The position numbers and the translations under genes were made by a program. Below the pieces are notes generated by a model, which worked only from the letters and a program-made list of their open reading frames with translations, ran no database searches and was not told where the DNA came from. From the NCBI RefSeq assembly GCF_963921235.1, contig NC_086109.1, positions 31,560,001-31,624,000 of the forward strand: a stretch of 64,000 nt of DNA, in the 5' to 3' direction. Shown piece by piece: positions 48,400 through 60,660 of this stretch. Numbering within the stretch: the stretch's first letter is position 1; every line of letters starts with the position of its first letter. This stretch comes from Mobula hypostoma. Its lineage: Eukaryota.

Positions 48400-49060
48400 A
48401 ATGGTTCCTATCTACAGAGATCTCTGAGTTACACAATGATGAAATGCTGGCAATATCAGTTAAATCTCCTCAGATCCCCCTCCAGCACTATTCCATTCTT
48501 CTTATAGTTTGGTGACTAGAACAGAGTACAGTACTCCAGGTATAAACTAACTAATAGTTTAGAAAGTTGTAAAATTATGTCCCAGCCATATGGCTGATGA
48601 AGGCAAAAACCCATTTGTTCTTTTCACCAGTATGGTACTTTTAGGAATCAATGGACTTGTATGTCTAGGTTCTTCTGTTCTTCAAGATCCTTTAAGGCTC
48701 TACCATTAACTGTGAATGTATTACTCTTATTTTACCTTCCAAAATATATTGCTTTGCACTTGCCAAGTTTAAATTTTGTATGTCATTGTTTTGCCAAACT
48801 GTCAAGCTGACCAATCACAAACAAGAGATATCTGCAGATGCTGGCTCTCCAAGCAACACACACAAAATGCTGGAGGAACTCAGCAGGCCAGGCAGCATCT
48901 ATAGAAAAGAGTGTTGTTGACAGTATTCTTTTACACAGATGCTGCCTGGCCTGCTGAGTTCCTCCAGCATTTTGTGTGTGTTGCTGGGATTTCCAGCATC
49001 TGCAGAATTTCTCTTGTTTGATCCTAACAGCAGTCCTTTTTTTTTAGCAATTTCATGGGT
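48400..49060 (-). mobile_element. Old CR1 fragment hosting the 203-bp palindrome
   Basis: GGTGACTAGAACAGAGTACAGTACTCCAGG and TTTGCACTTG..AAATTT match CR1 RT in antisense. Confidence 0.6.
48818..49020. mobile_element. 203-bp palindrome made of two inverted PLE 3' tails
   Basis: CAAACAAGAG...CTCTTGTTTG; arms nearly perfectly complementary; centre GTTGAC at 48916-48921. Confidence 0.9.
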
Positions 49061-49439
49061 GGGGTTTGTTATGGCTTTACCCAAGTGACTGAGCCTCTCA
49101 ACAGTGAAGAGTAAATAGCTCCTTCTATGAAGATCCTAATGTGAAATTAACAGCAGGTAAGTATGCTGATCAGTAACAACTCTCAATTGACCTCGTGGTC
49201 CTGGCTGTAACTTTAGCAATTAAAGATACCAATAACTACAGCTGCCTTACTGCAGCCAAACCTACAAGGACCAAACCAGCCTCTAAGTCTTCCCCAGCCA
49301 TAAGTTTGCGTTTGTACAGAAAAAAATGGCCCATATTTCACCATTGTAGTAACAGCCAAACTGTGAGCAATCACTTTAAGATCACCAGGAATGAGAACGA
49401 CTTTGAATTTTTATGCATATATAGAATAATATGGAGGTC

Positions 49440-50200
49440 TCAGAACAGAATTAGAATCAGGTTTAATATCACTGGCATATGTCATAAAATTTGCTGTCTA
49501 GGGGAAATAGTACACTGCAATACATAATAATAAAAAAGCTATAAATTACAATAAGTTTTATATATAATAAGTTAAATAATAGTGCAAAGAAAGAGGAAAA
49601 AATAAAAACGAGTGAGGTAGTATGCATGGGTTTGTAGCGGTGTGCTACACACAGTGCTAGAATAACCACACGGAGTCGGTGAGTTAGAGTTGCGATGAAA
49701 GAGGTTTATTCAGACTTCGTGGCCTGCTTTTAAAGCCTTCCTGTTCCCGTCCTCCCTGGGGCGGGATTGCTGTGGGGAATGCATATTCCCCAGACGCTTT
49801 CCGCGCGTGGCATTTTTCCCCTGCTGGCTGGTGAAGATGGCCTGGCGTCCTTTTTGGGGCTGGCCTCCCTGCCTGCGCGCGCTGGTTCGTGAGCCGGTTC
49901 GTGTGTGCTAGAAAGTGGGTCACCACAAGTTCATTATTCATCAGAAATCTGATGACGGAGGGGAAGAAGCTGTCCGCGAAATGTTGAGCTTGTGTCCTCA
50001 GGATTCTGTACCTCTTTCTTGATGGCAGCAATGAGAAGAGGGCATATCTCAGCGGTGGGAGTCCTTAATGATGGATGCCGCCTTTCTGAGGCATTTCCTT
50101 TTGAAGATAGCCTCGATGTTGTGGAGCACAGTGCCCACGATGAAGCTGCTTTCAGTGATTCATTACTCCTCCGCAGTCTATGATATTTTGCAGCCTTCTC
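49440..50200 (-). mobile_element. Rex1/Babar-like LINE 3' part
   Basis: LPSRKRYRILRTQAQHFADSFFPSVIRFL; + strand tail TCAGAACAGAATTAGAATCAGGTTTAAT. Confidence 0.8.
49633..49927 (-). mobile_element. Short GC-rich solo LTR (295 bp)
   Basis: TGTAG...CCACA termini; GGTT/AGTT 4-bp TSD; AATAAA on the minus strand near 49705-49710. Confidence 0.72.
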
Positions 50201-50774
50201 CAATATAATCAAGGGAAATCAGTGATCTGAAAGGATATGTAAGTATTTATGAACTATTCTATCTGTAAAATATTCTGCATCATAAGTGAGCTGCTAATTG
50301 CATACTGAGCCATAATTGCTACTTAGAAAATTCTTTGGATATAAAACATAATTCTACGTGTTTGCATTGTAATTCGTTCAGATAAGAAAAATACAATGGA
50401 TTAAAATTTCCATAAAACAACAGCAGTTCCCCGTGGAACTGCTGGAATTTACATTTTTTACTGCCGTGAACTTCATGATTCTGGTGCAACTATCTACAAA
50501 AGTGTGAGTTCTGAATGCTGCTGTCATTCCCATAATGGTTCATAATGGAGTATGAATTCCCAGTGGTTTCCCAGAGGTTATGGTGGGAAATCTAAATGGC
50601 GACCATCAGATTATTCCTAATGAATAACAGTGATCTCATTAATTTCAAAACTGAAGATCGGCAAAGGATTAGACAGCAAACACAAGGAATTCTGCAGATG
50701 CTGGAAATTCAAGCAACACTCATCAGAGTTGCTGGTGAACGCAGCAGGCCAGGCAGCATCTCTAGGAAGAGGTA

Positions 50775-50812
50775 CAGTAGACGTTTCGGGCCGAGACTCT
50801 TCGTCAGGACTA
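50775..50812 (-). ncRNA. Minimal hammerhead copy (core intact, two stem mismatches)
   Basis: UAGUC-CUGACGA-A-GAGUCUCGGCCC-GAAACGUC-UACUG. Confidence 0.62.
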
Positions 50813-51157
50813 ACTGAAGGAAGAGTTAGTGAGAGATCTGAAAGTGGGAGGGGGAGGGGGAGATCAAAAATGATAGGAGAAGACAGGAGAGGGAGGGATG
50901 GAGCCAAGAGCTGGACAGTTGATTGGCAAAAGGGATATGAGAGGATCATGGGACAGGAGGCACAGGGAAAAAGAAAAGGGGAAGGGGGGGGGAAACCCAG
51001 AGGATAGGTAAGGGGTATAGTGAGAGGGACAGAGGGAGAAAAAGGAGAAAGAGAGAAAGAATGTGTGTATATAAATAAATAATGGATGGGGTACGAGGGG
51101 GAGGGGGGGCATTAGCAGAAGTTTGAGAAGTCAATGTTTATGCCATCAGGTTGGAGG

Positions 51158-52191
51158 ACGCATGCTGATCTCGTTGACGTCGTTAACTTTGCCTCCAACT
51201 TTCACCCTGCCCTCAAGTTTACCTGGTCCATTTCCGACACCTCTCTCCCCTTTCTAGATCTTTCTGTCTCTATCTCTGGAGACAGCTTATCTACTGATGT
51301 CTACTATAAGCCTACTGACTCTCACAGCTATCTGGACTACTCCTCTTCTCACCCTGTCTCTTGCAAAAATGCCATCCCCTTCTTGCAATTTCTCCGTCTC
51401 CGCTGCATTGGATCTCAGGATGAGGCTTTTCATTCCAGGACGAGGGAGATGTCCTCCTTTTTAAAAGAAAGGGGCTTTCCTTCCTCCACCATCAACTCCG
51501 CTCTCAAACGCATCTCCCCCATTTCACGCACAACTGCTCTCACTCCATCCTCCCACCACCCCACTAGGAATAGGGTTCCCCTGGTCCTCACCTACCACCC
51601 CACCAGCCTCCAGGTCCAACATATTATTCTTGGTAACTTCCGCCACCTCCAACAGGATCCCACCACTAAGCACATCTTTCTCTCCCCCCCCCCATCTGCT
51701 TTCCGCAGGGATTACTCCCTACATGACTCCCTTGTCCATTCGTCCCCCGCATCCCTCCCCTCTGATCTCCCTCCTGGCACTTATCCTTGTAAGTGGAACA
51801 AGTGCTACATATGCCCTTACACATCCTCCCTAACCACCATTCAGGGCCCCAGACAGTCCTTCCAGGTGAGGCGACTCTTCACCTGTGAGTCAGCTGGGGT
51901 GCTATACTGCTTCCGGTGCTCCCGATGTGGCCTTCTAAATATTGGCAAGATCTGCCGCAGACTGGGAGGTGGTTTTGCTGAACACCTACGCTCTGTGTGC
52001 CAGAGAAAGCAGGATCTCCCAGTGCCACACATTTTAATTCCACATCCCATTCCCATTCTGATATGTCTATCCACGGTCTCCTCTACTGTAAAGATGAAGC
52101 CACACTCAGGTTGGAGGAACAACACCTTGTATTCCATCTGGGTAGCCTCCAACCTGATGGCATGAACATTGACTTCTCAAACTTCCGCTAA
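51158..52191 (+). pseudogene. PLE RT thumb, linker and GIY-YIG endonuclease (frameshift near 52020)
   Basis: FHPALKFTWSIS, LPFLDLSV, TDVYYKPTDSHSYLDYSSSHP, VLYCFRCSRCGLLNIG. Confidence 0.9.
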
Positions 52192-52488
52192 GGCCCCACC
52201 TCCCCCTCGTACCCCATCCATTATTTATTTATATACACACATTCTTTTTCTTTCTCTCCTTTTTCTCCCTCTGTCCTTCACACTATACCCCTTGCCCATC
52301 CTCGGGGTTTTCCCCCCTCCCCTTTTTCTTTATCCCTGGGCCTTCTGTCCCATGATCCTCTCATATCCCTTTTGCCAATCAACTGTCCAGCTCTTGGCTC
52401 CATCCCTCCCCCTCCTGTCTTCTCCTATCATTTTGGATCTCCCCCTCTCCCTCCCACTTTCAAACCTCTTACTAGGTCTTCTTTCAGT

Positions 52489-52526
52489 TAGTCCTGACGA
52501 AGGGTCTCGGCCCGAAACGTCAACTG
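52489..52526 (+). ncRNA. Minimal hammerhead copy (core and stem II intact, first stem I pair mismatched)
   Basis: TAGTC-CTGACGA-A-GGGTCTCGGCCC-GAAACGTC-AACTG. Confidence 0.68.
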
Positions 52527-54019
52527 TACCTCTTCCTATAGCTGCTGCCTGGCCTGCTGTGTCCACCAGCAACTTTGAAATGGATTAGATAGGTAAGTTT
52601 CAAATATCCTACATTTTTTTTTACATTCGCTTGATAATATAGTCAATTCAAATAAAGGTAAGTGCTTAAATACTTCTAGTATTTTAATTTCTTTTATTTA
52701 CTTTCGCAAAATATTTAATGATCCAACTGATTCAGTCTTGAAGTGAAGCTTAACCAGCAATCAATGCATTTCTGAAGAAATTACCATTGGAAGCCCAACA
52801 TGACTTCAGGGACAACTTGGCTGAGGAAGTGCTCCAAGAGAATCTCCTTAAAGTAAGAATGTGGTAAATGGGCAAGCTGAGAGTGCAGATAGCCAACTTT
52901 ACTAGTGAACGTTTTTAAAGTATAAATGCAATTTTAATTTTGGAAGGCTTGTTTCAATTCTAAATATGAATAATCTTTAATGTTATAAATGATAACAATA
53001 TTTGCTAAACCTTGTGCTTTCAATCTGTTTTTTTGGCAGTGAGAAAGCTTGTTGGATGACATCATTGGCTGAATGCCAGAAATCCCTTTGAACTAATACT
53101 CAACTGCCATTTGAAATCATCAATTGGAATGTCTCATCATAGAGCTAACTGAACATTGTCTTTCGCAGTAAATATCATCCCTTCAATATCCCAGAAAAAA
53201 TACAACAAAAATCTAACATAAATTTAGACTAATCATAGATCTCTTTAATAACTAAAGGCTACCAAGGATCAACAATTCTTTTGTTTTTAGATGTACATAG
53301 AAAAAGTATAATTTTGCTTTGATATTATCTCAAATTTGGTACTTCAGTCTAAATAAATTGGATGAAAAATACTCTGGCAAAGAGCTGGAGTAATTTAATA
53401 TACAGAACCATGTTTATAATCAACATACGCATAAAAGGGTTGTCAATACTAATCCTCAATGTATTAATCAGCAAGAATCCCAACTGTGCAAAGCTTCCAT
53501 TTTGAAGCTCTGTTTTTGATCAAAATAGAGGCAGAGGTTCAAAATTTGCCACAGCATCAGTTATATTAATATTTATCATTATTAATGTGTTAATCATGTA
53601 ACAACTTATTGTGAAGAAGAAAAACCCTATGAATTGTGAATTACCATTAGATGCTAAATACTTTTCCTCCCTGGACACTTAGTCAATTGAAGATGGAAGC
53701 TCGTCTTTAATCTCCCTCCAAGTTTCATGATTTTGCAGTCTGTGGGCATTAATTGTCAATTAAACTCACTACAGGAAGTGATGAATACCATTTAACAATG
53801 CAATTACCTTTCTCGTAAGATTTATGTCATTGAAATGTCAATCACTCTCCAGCTGTCAAAAGAAGGTAGCTATTCCTTCTACAAGCAAATCTTAAAAGAC
53901 TTTACAGATAAAATGTGCTCTATTTTTCCATTCCTTTTATGATACAATTTTTTCTTAACACTATATTTTTTCTTCTAGGATAATTATGAAGAAATATACT
54001 GAGAAAATTACTAAGCAAA

Positions 54020-55200
54020 TTGTGGAAGGCAAGGTGGTAGACTGCCATACATGGAGTTCAGCAGGGTTTTAGATGAGATCCCAGGTGACAGTTTGTCCAG
54101 AAAGTTAGGACACATGGGGTCCAAAGTATTTTGACAAATTGGATCCAAAATTGGAGATAGAAGGTATTTGTGGAGGTTTGTTTTTCTGACTGTAACCAAT
54201 GGTATACCACAGAGATGGATATTGATACCCTTGTTGTTAATCATATAAATGACTTGGATGGGAATGTCTGTGATTTGCTACGTTAGTTTGCTGGCCGCAT
54301 GCAGATTTCTGAAGTTGTAGATAGCAAGGGCAGTTCCCTAAGGATACAGAGGGAGATCGGGCATCTATAAGTTTGGCTGGTACAGTGGCAAATGGAATTT
54401 CATCCAGACAGGTGTGAGGTAATGCATTTTGGATCATCTAATACAAAATGGACATATTCAACAAAAAGCAAGGACTTAAGGAGGTTTGATGTACCAAGGG
54501 ATCCTGCAATGCAAGTACATAATGATCAGGGAACAGTGGTACAGGTGAATAGCATAATGAAGAAGGCCTTTAGTTTAATTTTCTTCATTGGTAAAGGTAC
54601 TGAATATAACATTTAGATTGTTATCTTGTAGCTGTGCAAGATATTTGTTAGATTATTGTATGCATTCTGATCACCACACTGTGAAAAGGGTGTTATGGCA
54701 CTAAACAGAGTGCAGGAGAGATTCACTAGAATGCTTGGAATGGAGGGTTTAGTTGTAAGAAGTGTTTGAATAAGTTGGGATAATTCTCACTGGAGCAGGA
54801 GGCTGACAGGTGGCCTTACTGAGGTTTAGGAAATTGTGAGGGACATAGATAATCGCTGTCTCATTCCAAGAGTAGGGGGCATATAAAACTAGAGGGCATA
54901 TGTTTCACATGAGAGCGCAAATATTTAAAGAAATTCTGAGGGGCAGCATTTTTACACGGACGGTGGTGGGTATACAGAACAAGCTGCCAGAGGAGGTGGT
55001 AGAGGCAGACACAATCACAGGGTTTAGAAAGTATTTGGACAGATATACAAATACAAAAAAAAACAAACTAGATGGATAGGGGCCAAATGCAGGAAAATGG
55101 AATTAGCATAGATAATAAAACTTGTTGAGCAATGGACAAGTCAGGATGAAGGGCCTGTTCCATGCTGTATGACTCTACCACTCTATGACTCTGTGTGACT
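54020..55200 (+). mobile_element. Decayed CR1 LINE
   Basis: WQMEFHPDRCEVMHFG; 3' end GAAGGGCCTGTTCCATGCTGTATGACTCT with (GACTCT)-type repeats. Confidence 0.85.
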
Positions 55201-56044
55201 CTAATTCTCTTTTTACACTGGAAACTAATTGAAACTCTTCCCTTTTTTATGGCTGTCTGTTGCTTTCTGGTCCCGAAAGATCCTTGATGTCCCAATGGAT
55301 GCTGTCACCAGGATAGAGAGAGCATCAATTTGTATCTGCAGAACTAACAGAATAAAACCTTTTGAGGCTGGAGGGGGCGAAATAAAAACTGGCAAGTGTT
55401 ATCTCTCTCTCTACCTCTCTATCCCTTTCTCTTCCTACTTCCCGTGACCCCGCATTTCCCTTTTTACTTGCAAGCACTTAGCTCCTTCAGCTCAGCTGTT
55501 GTTCTGGCTTGTCTGAAAAGAAGAATAATAGGTTTAATTCAGTGAAGTCATTAATCTTCCACAAAAGAATTATTTTCCAAAAAATAATTGGGATAAATCA
55601 ATTGAGGCTTTAATGAGCCATACGTTGGTACAACTATGTACATGAGCAATATGCACACTATATATATAAAACCACCCAGCAAGCTAGCCTTACAGTCCAG
55701 ATCTTCCTTCTCATTTGCTGCATTTGCAATTAAACTAGGCTGCAGCAAAAATGGCATATTTTTGAAGACACCTTCTTTTTCCAATGATTTAATACACTAG
55801 AATTTTCTACATTGGATGGGAAGAGATTAACTGCTTGGATTAGGAACTGTATTCTCCCAGGGCATCCTTTAATTTCAAAGTAAAAGACTGGGACAGGAAC
55901 TAAAATCTACTTGGCATTCCAATTAATTCTAAGCCCTGTCTAATGATGAGCAAAAAATTTGAAAAATTCACTAATTGACGGATCTGCAAATGTATGTATG
56001 GAGGAAAACCCATGCCAGTGTCATCTACTTTTTCCATAGTATGG

Positions 56045-56325
56045 TCACAGTTTGTGGATAAAGGGGATGCCTTTTAGGACCGAGATTAGGAAAAACTTCT
56101 TCACACAAAGTGGTGAATCTGTGGAATTCTCTGCCACAGGAAACAATTGAGACCAGTTCATTAGCTATATTTAAGAGGGAGTTAGATATGGCCCTTGTGG
56201 CTACGGGGATCAGGGGGTATGGAGGGAAGGCTGAGGCGGGGTTGTGAGTTGGATGATCAGCCATGATCATAATAAATGGCAGTGCAGGCTCGAAGGGCCG
56301 AATGGCCTATTCCTGCACCTAATGT
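56045..56325 (+). mobile_element. CR1 3' end, same young subfamily as 20962-22114
   Basis: Near-identical to the reverse complement of 20975-21255. Confidence 0.9.
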
Positions 56326-57204
56326 TTTTTGCCAAATTTCTCACAGCAGTTTTTACAAGAACCTCAAGTCCTGTTTACTTGTGAAATTTCTACCACAGTT
56401 TCAATAACATTGCTGTTATTGATATGTTTTTGACAACATGAAAAGAGAATGATTTTTGAACTTACCTTTCAACCAGTCTTAACTAATAAACAATGGGTTT
56501 GCATTTTACAGTAAAGGGCTGATATTTTACACAGAATTTCCAGTCTTGATCCTGTATGTCAGCAGGTCACCATACTCACATTGGCAAACAAGTACTCCAA
56601 AATCCTCTGCTCACTGTTCACTTTCCCCAAGTAGTCATTGAAGTTAAGAGTCACAGAGACAAGAGTAATAGCAGTACCACACGTTAACACAGATGATTAA
56701 TCTTTCTTATAATCTTTGAGTAAAAGAGCAGCAATAGAGAAAATATACAAATATTTGGGAAGATTTGAAATCAGGGATAGCTATGCATGTAAAAGAGGTG
56801 CATCGTGTCATCATTAGGCCACTAAAAACTTTATTCCAAAATGATCGTCACATGAAAACATTAGCTTATATTTAACAATTACAATTGCTCTTTACTTCTA
56901 TATAAATATTGCCATGGTGCTCATCAATAGTAGGCTATCTGGTTTGCTTCAGTAATCTTATCCAACTGCAGATAGAATTTGCATTCTTTAGAAATTAACC
57001 CCAATAAAGATGCACATTGCTTTACTTCATTTACTTCGCTTAAATATTTCAATAGTCATTTCATTGGCATGAATAAAATTGGTAACTGCTGTCAGCAGTT
57101 TATACCTTATGAAGTATTAAAATATGAAATAATACAGCACCGAAAGAAGAGGCTTCTCAGCTTATTATACCTAGGCCTTTGCTTGGAAAGATCGACCTTA
57201 TACT

Positions 57205-57475
57205 GATGCAGTGACATAGTTGGTACCTCACACCTGCAGCAATCCAGGTTCAATCTTGATCTCTGGTCCTCTTTGTGTGTAGCTTCCTTGCACGTGCCAA
57301 GGGCATAATAGTTAGTGTCCTCTGTAACTTGCCGCTCGTGTGTAGGTGAGTATTAGAACCTAGCAAGGGTGGGGGGACACATGGCATTGATGGAACTGTC
57401 AGAAGAATAAAATAAGAATTAGTGTAAATTGGTGGAGTGGAGGTAATGGCCAAAGGGATCATTTCCATACTGCAT
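57205..57475 (+). mobile_element. Degenerate tRNA-derived SINE
   Basis: B-box-like CCAGGTTCAATCTTGA; CR1-like tail GGCCAAAGGGATC..CATACTGCAT. Confidence 0.5.
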
Positions 57476-57629
57476 AACAAGTCCCACTCCCTTGCTTTTT
57501 CTCAGATAATTTAGTTATGTTTTCCTTTTCAAGAACTTATCCACTTCTCTTTTGAATCTTGTTTCACCACACTTTAAGGCAGAGCTTTCCATCGAATTCA
57601 AATACTTTGCACCTTTTCCCCCTTCTTGT

Positions 57630-58618
57630 CTCAGAATATTTGCCCCCTGCACTACTCGTTTTATGCCTGTAACTGTGTGGGGAAGTACAGCTCCAACAGC
57701 ATGTACAAGTTTGCTGATGGGTCCGCTATTGTGGGCTGTATCAAAGATCGGCCTACGGAAGGGAGATTGAAAATTTAGCTGAGTGATATAACAATAACAA
57801 CCACTTATTCAATGTCAGCAAGACCAAGGACTGATTGTAGACTTCAGGAGAGGGAATCCAGAGGTCCATTGGCGAATTAGAGGTGGAGAGGGGCAGTAAC
57901 TTTAAATTTCTATCATCACTTTCTCAGAGGACCTGACCAGGACGCATCATATAAATGTAATTGCAAAGAAAACACAACAGTGCCTCTATTTCCTTAGGAG
58001 TCTGTGGAGATTTGGCATGTCTTCAAAAATCTTGACAAACTTCAATAGATGTGTGGTAGAAAGTGTTTTGACTGCCTGCATCATGGCCTGGTATGGAAAC
58101 ACCAATGCCTTTGAGTGGAAACTCCTACAAAAGATAATGGATTCAGCCCAGTACATCACAGGTAAAACCCTCCCAACCATTGAGCACTTCTACATGTAGA
58201 AAAGCAGCATTCATCATCAAAGACCTCACCAACCAGACCTTGCTCTTTTCTCGCTGTTGCCATCAGGTAAAAGGTACAAGAGCCTCAGGCCTCGCACCAC
58301 CAGGTTCAAGAACAGTTACTATCCCTCAAACATCAAGCTCTTGAACAAAAAGGGATAACCACACTCGTCCTACTTCTGGTGCTCCCACAGCCAATGGTCT
58401 CACTTTAAGGACTCTTTATCTTGTTATGTCTTGCTCTTGTTATTTATTACTACTGTATTTATTTATATTTGTATTTGCACAGTTTGTTGTTCATTGATCC
58501 TGTTTACAGTTATGTAAATCTCTAGATTTGCTAAGTTTGCCCACAGGAAAAAGCATCTCAGGATCGTATGTGGTGAAACGTATGTACTCTGAGAATAAAT
58601 TTTAATTTGAACTTCGAA
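57630..58618 (+). mobile_element. Decayed Rex1/Babar-like LINE 3' part
   Basis: YKFAD, LTNFNRCVVESVLTACIMAWYGN, LPSGKRYKSL; tail AATAAATTTTAATTTGAACTTCGAA. Confidence 0.85.
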
Positions 58619-60494
58619 TCCATCTAATCTCATATTAATTATCAAACCTTTAAGAAGAACAGACCTAGCTTCTCTCAGTCTTCCATGTAACTATAACCTT
58701 TTCTCTCTGGTAACACTCCCATGAATCTCTGCTGTCATTACAAAACTTTGGTATTCTACTTCAACTTTTGACAAAAAAATGTCAATGGACATGTTCCTTC
58801 ATTATAGTATTACCAACAGGAAATGAGGGATGATGAACTTTAACTTGTTTGCTGCTTGTGTTTTTATAAGCGATGTGCTAGAGCTCAGTTATGGTGACTC
58901 ATTCATGAGGATCTATTTTAAGTTTGAAGCATTATAAAAGGTACTCAGGATGCAAGGAAGCTGCTGGAAGAATCATTAAATGACCATGCTATTAATTCTA
59001 TGTCATGATAGATAAAACCATGGTCAACAAAATCATTACTGGACATTTGTTCTAAATTGTAATTGCATGTGATTAATGTGTGATGAATCTGACATAGCAT
59101 AACTTAGTTTGGGTTTGGATTAATAGGCTTGGGTTCAAATCATTACACAAATTAGTCGCTGTTTCTCCCACATAACATTCATGTCCACTGCTCAGAAGTA
59201 TTTGATTGATATTAGAATCTTTGGCATGTACTGAAGTTTCAGAAGGTATTGCATCTATTTCCTTTTTATTGTCAATTGCATGCTAGCTCTTGTCAAAGAT
59301 AGTCATTTGTATTACTCTTCATTAGCTTATCTATTTCATCATGTTTCAACTGAGGTTGCAGTGAGGTGTGGAAGTGGAAAGGCTCTGGCCAAACGCAAAG
59401 TGAATAACACTTGCCACAACAATTGAACCTAAAGTGAGGTATTCCAAGTTGTTTCATCATGTGTCATTTATGGCCGGTTTAATCTTTATTTCACAAGATT
59501 TACAATAACACTGATCAAATCTGTTTTAACAACATCTTTGCTTGCAATGTATGTGAAACATTTTCACAATGAACAATCGTCAGCGTCTCTGGGAAAAGAA
59601 AAGGCTACTCAGCCCTTCAAACTTATTTCACTGAGTGGAAAGGACAGTAGATTCAGAATGAATCAGTTCAGCTTCTGTCAAATATCCACAACTTTTCTAT
59701 GTTACATTAATGTTATTCTAGAATTTATTAAAGTGAACTCCCTAACTATGATTCAATGCCTGATCATGCAATGTGAATACAGTTCAAGCAACAATTTGTG
59801 ATCTTTCTAAATGTTTTAGGCTTTGTAAAAGTTAACAAAGTGTGAAAATATCAATTACTGTATTCTCTTTCAATTTTATCCTTTTTAACATTTTAAGAGA
59901 ATCACTGGGCTTTGCTTTTTTCTCTGCCCTCAAGTTTCAAATATAAATAATTCTCTATTTTGAAGCATAATCTTGTTACATTTGATTGGTCATTTTGAAA
60001 GCAGACAGCTACAATATTGAAACATCAATTTTCTGTTTTGCAACATTCCTAATGAGGCACTGCACCAAACTTTAATGCTTTTGTATTATCCGCTGCACTA
60101 TTCAGAAAGTTAATGCAAGTTTTGATTATATTTGTATGATAAATTATGTCACTTAAAATCTCTGTGCATGCATTGTTACTGGTGTGAAAAAAAATTGCCT
60201 TGTAAGATCATCGATATAGCACATCTAATCAGCCAGTAATTATATTTTTTTTCTGTGGGGGCTTCCTAACTTCCTACTTTATTGTCGATGAAATCACAAG
60301 ACTGTATCCTTAGGTCCTGAAGCAATATAAAATATAAATATAATTCAGTTAAATCATCACTTTGATAAAAGTGAACTCTGTCACTATCAGTGGAAGCAAT
60401 GGTATTATGAACCTATCATTTTACAAGGTTCACCTGAAGTAGTGCACAAGGTGAATTCATAGGGATTACTTACAGTGAATGAAAAACTGAAAAA

Positions 60495-60660
60495 TAAAAC
60501 TGCAGGGAGCAAAAATCTGAAACAAAACCAGAGAGCGCTGAAAGTACTCAGTATGTCAGGTAGAGAGAAAGAGAGTTAATACTTCAAGTTAAAAGCCTCC
60601 GTCAGTCTTTTGCTCTAGACAGATATGAGCTGCTTCATTTTCTGAAAAGTTGTTTTTTTA
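60495..60660. mobile_element. Highly decayed older PLE-tail-type element, possibly a fold-back
   Basis: GCTGAAAGTACTCAGTATGTCAGG..GAGTTAATACTTCAAG..CGTCAG loosely matches an antisense tail plus hammerhead. Confidence 0.3.

Larger units (their letters stand above)
50677..52577. mobile_element. Second Penelope-like fold-back: short inverted arm (50677-51157, -) and long arm (51158-52577, +)
   Basis: TSD GGATTAGA(C/T)AG (50666-50676, 52582-52592); both 3' tails point outward. Confidence 0.88.

Noticed and set aside
48818..49020. DNA-transposon MITE or miRNA precursor
   Set aside because: The arms match PLE retroelement tails and there is no TA or 8-bp TSD; reported instead as a PLE fold-back.
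51134..52165. 343-aa ORF as an intact PLE protein
   Set aside because: The start lies in the inverted arm, the RT core is missing, and GIY-YIG is mutated and frameshifted.
56571..56720. Possible minus-strand exon ending at a GTGAGT donor (..FNDYLGKVNSEQRILEYLFAN)
   Set aside because: There is an in-frame stop just downstream of the plausible acceptors and no recognisable protein similarity; it needs RNA-seq to support.
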